A stretch of 64,000 nt of DNA, from NCBI GenBank assembly GCA_963805085.1, contig CAWDTA010000001.1, forward strand, positions 32,001 to 96,000, in the 5' to 3' direction. Source of the stretch: an uncultured Veillonellaceae bacterium. GTDB taxonomy: Bacteria > Bacillota > Negativicutes > JARBTT01. Position numbers and translations under genes: made by a program. Numbering within the stretch: position 1 is the stretch's first letter; each line of letters starts with the position of its first letter. This document shows positions 58,738 to 64,000 of this stretch, piece by piece. The notes beneath the pieces are model-generated. The model ran no database searches, had not been told where the DNA came from, and worked only from the letters and a program-made list of their open reading frames with translations.

Positions 58738-59310
58738 TTATTTGACTGGTTTTTTATGGGCGGCGCGGCGACGGGGCAAATCATCAGTTTCCAACTTATC
58801 ATCTATCAACTGGAGTGATGATTCTTCTAAATGGTCACTTGTTTGGGATTCGTCAACAGCATCGACATAGTTAGTAGCATCATTGCTATCATACGTTTCA
58901 ACAGCAAGACCAGCTTTAGCTTCATCCACAACATCCTTGAAGTTGTTACGCAATGATTTGGCTTTGTCTGATAAGGCTAAGGCACCAGCAGCGGTTGCTA
59001 CAGCTACACGACGACCTTGTTTTTTTGCCGTATGCTTTAAACAATCCATTGTTCCGGCTATTGCTTCCTGTGGCGTATTGTCAATATCTCTAGCTTCGGA
59101 AACGATGTCTGCAGTACTTTCTTTTATTTGGACTCCTAGTTCTTTTACACTATCTGCAAGTGCTAAGGCACCTCGGGTAGTTAAGACAGCTGCACTGCGG
59201 AGACCTCGTCTAACTGGTGGGAAAGCGACGGCGATTGCGGCTCCAGTTGCGATAAGAGCAACTGGTGAGCTACTTTCAATAACTCTTGAGCCTAAACGCA
59301 TAATATTCAT
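58738..59310 (-). CDS. DUF5132/DUF1490 (PacL/Fez accessory)-like membrane-anchored protein with a duplicated module
   Basis: TM VALIATGAAIAVAFPP; LRSAAVLTTRGALALAD..ADIVSEAR repeated as RRVAVATAAGALALSD..KDVVDEAK. Confidence 0.6.
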   Translation of the reverse strand: MNIMRLGSRVIESSSPVALIATGAAIAVAFPPVRRGLRSAAVLTTRGALALADSVKELGVQIKESTADIVSEARDIDNTPQEAIAGTMDCLKHTAKKQGRRVAVATAAGALALSDKAKSLRNNFKDVVDEAKAGLAVETYDSNDATNYVDAVDESQTSDHLEESSLQLIDDKLETDDLPRRRAAHKKPVK

Positions 59311-59561
59311 ATTTCATCCCTCCTTTGCTCCTTTTTAGTAATTCCCAGTAAATATTATGGTTATGTACGCAAATTTAATGAAAATTATTTATAAAAAAAT
59401 GGATTTACTGGAACACATTAAGGAAACGACAATGAAGGAGTGCTATGAAGATTGACAACACCCCCATAATTAAGAAAATGAAATGATTTTATCAAGCAAT
59501 TAATTATTTGGAGGTAGTACTCATCAATTATGATGTTAGTGAAGTTAGAGTTAAAAAATAG

Positions 59562-60197
59562 CTACCCTAGTAGCTGATGGAGCCCGATTAGCATTAATAA
59601 CGTACCAGACACTAGAGTAGCGTATTTGCCTAGCTGCTCAGCGGCATATTTTTCACCAACATAATTACCTGTATAAATAGTGATAAGGCTGAATATACCT
59701 ATAAGAGCAGCCTCTAATAATGGGGATATGCCGATTGCTCCTGCATCAAATCCACCGGCTAAGGCATTTATGGAAAGCGCAGTGCCTAGGATAATTGCTT
59801 CCCAGTGTCCAATATTCTGTGAATTATCCATATCAGCTCTTTCTGGATAATTTAAAATTTCTGTAGGTCCAATATAGATTCTCCCCCCTAATAGCTGTAA
59901 ATCAATAATTGGCTGATTGGTCTTTATTGCGGTAATGATTGGTTGTGTAAAGATCCAGGCTCCTACCCCGAAGAGCAAGATAGCTCCGATAATACTAGTT
60001 ACTTCTGGACTCAAATATACGATGATTGCTTTACCAATTTCACCAGATAACCATGTGGCAACTAAAGATATTGCGGATATAATGAAATTAGAAATATGAG
60101 AAATTCTGATTTTTCGAATCCCATAGGCAATACCTACCCCGAGATTATCCAAATTGGCTGCTATAGCTATTAAGATACTGATGAAAAAACTATTCAT
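59562..60197 (-). CDS. YtaF/MntP-family membrane protein (copy 2)
   Basis: Close paralog of 50644-51279. Confidence 0.85.
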   Translation of the reverse strand: MNSFFISILIAIAANLDNLGVGIAYGIRKIRISHISNFIISAISLVATWLSGEIGKAIIVYLSPEVTSIIGAILLFGVGAWIFTQPIITAIKTNQPIIDLQLLGGRIYIGPTEILNYPERADMDNSQNIGHWEAIILGTALSINALAGGFDAGAIGISPLLEAALIGIFSLITIYTGNYVGEKYAAEQLGKYATLVSGTLLMLIGLHQLLG

Positions 60198-60404
60198 ACA
60201 TACAACTCCTTCCTAGTGTTACATGATATGAATGGGTGTACAATTTTGTTCAAAATATGCTAAGATACGAATTTTCATTTTAAAACTCCATAATAGGAGT
60301 CTTTGCATTCGTGTAATATATAGAATGCAAAAGGAAATAGCAATAAGGGTGATCGTATTGATTAACGCCGCAAGAATTCCTGCTCGGTGCAACCAATATG
60401 TTAC

Positions 60405-60575
60405 TCATATAGTTGGTTTGTGACTCGCCAATTTGACAGTCCACCAACTTAATATTAAAGAAAAGTGGTCCCCAGCATCGCTGGTTAGTACCAAACTATT
60501 AGTCAGGTATCCGTCGATTAGTTTAACGGTAAATGTCAGCATAGTAACTAAAACTAATAATTTACTAGATCGCAT
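60405..60575 (-). pseudogene. Degraded CDF (CzcD-like) transporter 5' fragment
   Basis: AGGAG RBS; GYLTNSLVLTSDAGD..LSWWTVKLAS resembles CDF TM2 (SLALLSDAGH); truncated. Confidence 0.6.
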
Positions 60576-60741
60576 ATATTTTTCTCCTATAGTGGAATTA
60601 TTGATAGCAATGGAATAGAATAAAGTAATCCAATTGACGATAATGATTATCGGTATCGTGATTTTTTTACAAGGTTGGAACATCCTGCAGTAGATAGGCA
60701 TACAATACTGTGTAAAACCTTCATAAACCCTTCATAAACCC

Positions 60742-60886
60742 ATAAAGGGGAGTAGCTAACGGGTTTTTACCCGGAAGTAGAATCGACATACTGGCGAAAG
60801 CCCGGTTCTACTGGCAGAAAGACTGCTATAGCGAGACCTTTATTTCTAAGCTTTATAGCTCGGAAATAAAGGTCTCTTTATATTTT
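60742..60886 (+). ncRNA. yybP-ykoY (Mn2+) riboswitch with terminator, convergent on mntH
   Basis: AAAGGGGAGTAGC..TCGACATA..GCGAGACCTTT; P1 60742-48/60837-43; terminator 60833-60876 plus T-rich tail. Confidence 0.9.
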
Positions 60887-60966
60887 CCTATGAAATTCCG
60901 CAAGGTTTGTAGCTAGGTTGCCACCTACTATAAACCTTATGGAATACACATCATATATTTAGTTTA

Positions 60967-62244
60967 TTAAGATTGCCCGGTAAAAGTTAGGTACAATAAA
61001 ACAGCATTCAAAGCTATTATGATACTAACGATGCTCCAGCCTACAATATTTGTCAGGCGACTATTTTTAAAAGAGCCCATAATACTTTTTTTGTTTGTAA
61101 TAATCATCAGCGGGATAATCGTTGATGGTAGAGCAAAGCTTAAAATAACTTGGCTATAAACCAACGCTTCCATTGGGTTAATACCGGACATTAAAATTCC
61201 TAGAGCAGGTAGCATGGTCACGAGACGACGAATGCTGGCTCGGATATCAAAGCCTAAAAATCCTTTTAAGATGACTTCCCCAGCCATAGTGCCCACTGTT
61301 GAAGAAGATAGTCCAGAGGCCAAAAGTGCTATACCAAATGCTCCTGCTGCCATGTTTCCCATTAATGGTTGCAGCGTTAGATAAGCTTGCTCAATACCAT
61401 CTACATTTAACCCATTTCCATTGAAAGCGGCTGCGGAAACAATTACCATAGCGGCATTGACAACGAAGGCCATGTTCATTGCGATAAAAACTTCCATCTT
61501 AGCCATTTTGAGATGGTGTTTACAATCGCTTAGGCAGTCGGTACGTCGTGGTTGAACCAGTTCGGAATGTAAGTAAATAACATGTGGCATAACGGTTGCG
61601 CCCAGCATACCTACGGCTATTATTATACTGTCTTGGGATAGAATAGGAACAGCAGTATGATAGGCAACTTGACTCCAATCTGGAGTGGATTCAAACATTT
61701 CCCATACATAGGCAATACTGATTACGGCGACCATACCGGTGATGATTCGTTCAACGACTCGCTGACCATATTTTTGCAGATGGCATATTACATAGGTAAT
61801 CACACCTGTTAAGGCAGCCGACCACATTAAAGGAATTCCGAACAATAGATTAAATCCTAACACTCCCCCAAGAAATTCCGCAAGGTCTGTAGCCATAGCT
61901 GCCACTGTAGCTATAGACCAATATCCCCAATTAACCGGTCGGGAAAACATCTGTCCGCAATGCGCAGGTAAGTTCATCCCTGTGGCTATTCCAAGTTTTG
62001 CTGATAAAGTTTGCACAAAAATTGCCATAATATTACTCCACAGTATAACCCATAACAAATTATAAGCAAATTGAGAACCACCACTGATGTTAGTACCAAA
62101 ATTGCCGGGATCCATATATGCAACACTGACGACGAATGCGGGACCCATGTACTTCAATAGGCCTTTTGCTTTTTGCTTGATTTCTGCTCCGTCTATAGAT
62201 GGTAAGTCTATAGGAACACGAGACGCTAATTGTTGGTCTTTCAT
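60967..62244 (-). CDS. mntH: Nramp-family Mn2+/Fe2+ importer
   Basis: YMDPGN, ATDLAEFLG, GATVMPHVIYLHS, SQVILS. Confidence 0.95.
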   Translation of the reverse strand: MKDQQLASRVPIDLPSIDGAEIKQKAKGLLKYMGPAFVVSVAYMDPGNFGTNISGGSQFAYNLLWVILWSNIMAIFVQTLSAKLGIATGMNLPAHCGQMFSRPVNWGYWSIATVAAMATDLAEFLGGVLGFNLLFGIPLMWSAALTGVITYVICHLQKYGQRVVERIITGMVAVISIAYVWEMFESTPDWSQVAYHTAVPILSQDSIIIAVGMLGATVMPHVIYLHSELVQPRRTDCLSDCKHHLKMAKMEVFIAMNMAFVVNAAMVIVSAAAFNGNGLNVDGIEQAYLTLQPLMGNMAAGAFGIALLASGLSSSTVGTMAGEVILKGFLGFDIRASIRRLVTMLPALGILMSGINPMEALVYSQVILSFALPSTIIPLMIITNKKSIMGSFKNSRLTNIVGWSIVSIIIALNAVLLYLTFTGQS

Positions 62245-62674
62245 TTTTTCACTCCTCAGATGCTTTTGCTATCACCACATTTAAGTTGTAACACTGCAAA
62301 GAGTTTTGCAGTAGTACTATATAGAATATGACTTCATAATAGGATTTGTGAAAGTTTGAAGTAGACAAGCATAGGTGAGAAGTATGGTTTTATTGGTGTC
62401 ATATATTTATTAATAAAAAAAGTTGTTATCTAGACAGCTTTTTATGTTGAGTTTCTATAGTATAGTTGTAAAAACTAATTACAGTATATGACTTAAAATT
62501 GTTAGTAATTTGATGAAAACGTGAAATTATATAAGATTAATAGCCATAAATAAGTATCAATTGATAATTTGATTGAAATACATTAAATTTGATCGAATTT
62601 AACATTTGAATTAATTTTAATGAATCTATTGACAATAATTATTCAAGGTAGTATTCTAATAACGAACTAAATAA

Positions 62675-62903
62675 TTCTTCGTTAGGTGAGGCTCCTGCAT
62701 TGAACATAGGCCACTGCCCGGAAACGTCGAGAGACGCCAATGGGTAGAACAGGTATGACCGGATTAAGGTTTTACATAAGGTGGCTGAGTAACTGATTGT
62801 TAATTCTACGTCATGCAGTGTCAAAGCTCGTACGAGTGGGGAAGGTAATATAGTATTTGTATGCTTAGCAACGCCTTCCGAAATGTAGAGGCGTTGTTTT
62901 TTT
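62675..62903 (+). ncRNA. M-box (ykoK, Mg2+) riboswitch with terminator
   Basis: TTCGTTAGGTGAGGCTCCT..CTGCCCGGAAACGTCGAGAGACGCCAATGGGTAGAACAGG..AAAGCTCG; terminator 62868-62903; promoter TTGACA-17-TATTCT at 62629. Confidence 0.95.
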
Positions 62904-62928
62904 GCGTGAAAAAGGAGGTGAGGCAACT

Positions 62929-63084
62929 TTGGATAGTGGTGAGGGTGGCCCTTGTTTATGTAGCTATCAAGAAGAAAATTTTAGGCAAGAAGATGATGCG
63001 GATGGGCCAAGGAACTTGAGAAGTTGCCTTGCTGAAGCCAGAAGCATTCAATTAGAGCTTGGTTTACTCGAGTGTATTATTTAA
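62929..63084 (+). CDS. Putative 51-aa acidic, Cys-containing small protein under M-box control
   Basis: Perfect AAGGAGGTGA RBS plus TTG right after the riboswitch terminator. Confidence 0.5.
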   Translation: MDSGEGGPCLCSYQEENFRQEDDADGPRNLRSCLAEARSIQLELGLLECII

Positions 63085-63329
63085 TATGAAGATTGATTTT
63101 ATCGAATAATAATATAAAAATAACGAAATCTTAACATGAAGTTATCTAAAACTGATTATGATAAAGAATGATATTATCCTTTCGCTGTAAAACAAAGTTT
63201 ATTAAATGGCCAGATTTTCTGTAGTGAAGTTATACGAGGTAAGTTTTATGGATTCCGATACTGAAGATCGTTGTGGGCAATCATGCTTGTAAATCAGTAT
63301 GGGATCAGTCAAAAAAGGAGTAATCAATT

Positions 63330-64000
63330 ATGAATCAAGTTAAAGTGTTGGGAGAGTTTTACTTTAGCAAATTATTAGGTACACCTGTCTATGATAAAAG
63401 TGGCCGGAATATCGGCAAAATAAGAGATATGGCGGTGCGATGGGAAGGTACTTATCCAAAAATTGTGGGGATTAAACATATAAAGAAAACACATCAATTG
63501 ATTCCCATTGACCAGATTGCGTGTTGTAGTTATAAGGAAGTAAGACTAAAAGAAAATTTTGAAATAGAGAAAACTGCAATTCTTCATGAAAATGATATTT
63601 ACATTAGTAGATGGCTTTTAGATAAGCAAATTATTGATTTAAAAGGCTCTAAACTTGTGCGGGTAAATGATATTACATTGTCTTGGGTAGTGCAGGAAAA
63701 CCTTGAAAGTATGGTATTGGTTGCTGTTGATATTGGAATAAGAGGTCTTTTTCGTCGTCTAGGATTGGAGTTTTTAGTCAAGGGCTATCAAAATAACTTG
63801 TTGGGTTTACAATATATTAAACCATTAGAAAGCTGGAATTCCTTTCTTCAACTGAATCGCGAGAAGCAACAGGTTAGTGAATTGCATCCTGCGGATATTG
63901 CGGATTTACTAGAGGAAATGGATTACAAAACACGTGCTGGTTTTATTGAGAAGCTAGATGACCAACAAGCTGTGGATGCTTTGATTGAAATGGACTTGGA
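63330..64000 (+). CDS. PRC-barrel / MgtE N-terminal (CBS-type) Mg-transport-related protein (3' truncated)
   Basis: AAGGAG RBS; FYFSKLLGTPVYD, LLDKQIIDLKGSKLVRVNDI, LHPADIADLLEE. Confidence 0.85.
   Translation, partial: MNQVKVLGEFYFSKLLGTPVYDKSGRNIGKIRDMAVRWEGTYPKIVGIKHIKKTHQLIPIDQIACCSYKEVRLKENFEIEKTAILHENDIYISRWLLDKQIIDLKGSKLVRVNDITLSWVVQENLESMVLVAVDIGIRGLFRRLGLEFLVKGYQNNLLGLQYIKPLESWNSFLQLNREKQQVSELHPADIADLLEEMDYKTRAGFIEKLDDQQAVDALIEMDL

Noticed and set aside
60715-60743. Short tandem repeat aaacc(c)ttcat upstream of the Mn riboswitch
   Set aside because: About 2.5 copies of 10-11 nt; could be a regulator site but is indistinguishable from slippage
62293-62444. Palindromes upstream of mntH (actgcaaa..tttgcagt; aaaagttgt..acagctttt) as MntR boxes
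   Set aside because: Plausible, but no regulator in the window and the match to a known consensus cannot be verified by eye
62639-62926. Minus-strand 95-aa ORF
   Set aside because: Antisense shadow of the M-box riboswitch
60-63781. Many short ORFs opposite or out of frame within long genes (e.g. 8032-8517, 11601-12101, 18065-18511, 31437-31970, 58883-59338)
   Set aside because: Shadow ORFs of well-supported genes; no motifs or RBS

Overview
Low-GC sequence from a diderm Firmicute. TonB-dependent receptors and ExbBD-TonB occur alongside Firmicute-type riboswitches and YtaF-like genes, so this is most likely a Negativicute (inference). The window opens in the 3' part of glmS and continues as a ~62 kb metal/cofactor accessory island. 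In order, it carries: molybdate uptake (modA-DUF364-modBC plus regulator); a DUF134/NifB-NifX/Fe-S ATPase/Mrp (ORP-like) cluster; arsenic resistance (arsP, arsR x2, acr3, Cys-rich MarR, arsM-GNAT fusion, two arsC remnants); a fluoride-riboswitch operon (NifU-like, GGGtGRT, DUF190, crcB); cobalamin-riboswitch modules (exported cbiK; TonB receptors, mutAB-meaB, btu ABC, exbBD-tonB, a CbiR-like TIM barrel); nikR with a Ni/Co ECF transporter; an osmoprotectant ABC; a cluster around a 1674-aa tandem P-type ATPase with PacL/Fez-like partners and two YtaF/MntP-like genes; a yybP-ykoY (Mn) riboswitch pointing antisense into mntH; and an M-box riboswitch ahead of a small ORF and an MgtE-N/CBS-type gene. 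Four same-orientation Tn7-like left-end relics, one right-end relic and a displaced copy of the glmS terminator suggest the island grew by serial insertion downstream of glmS. No transposase genes remain in the window. All family assignments come from motif recognition by eye; no database searches were run.
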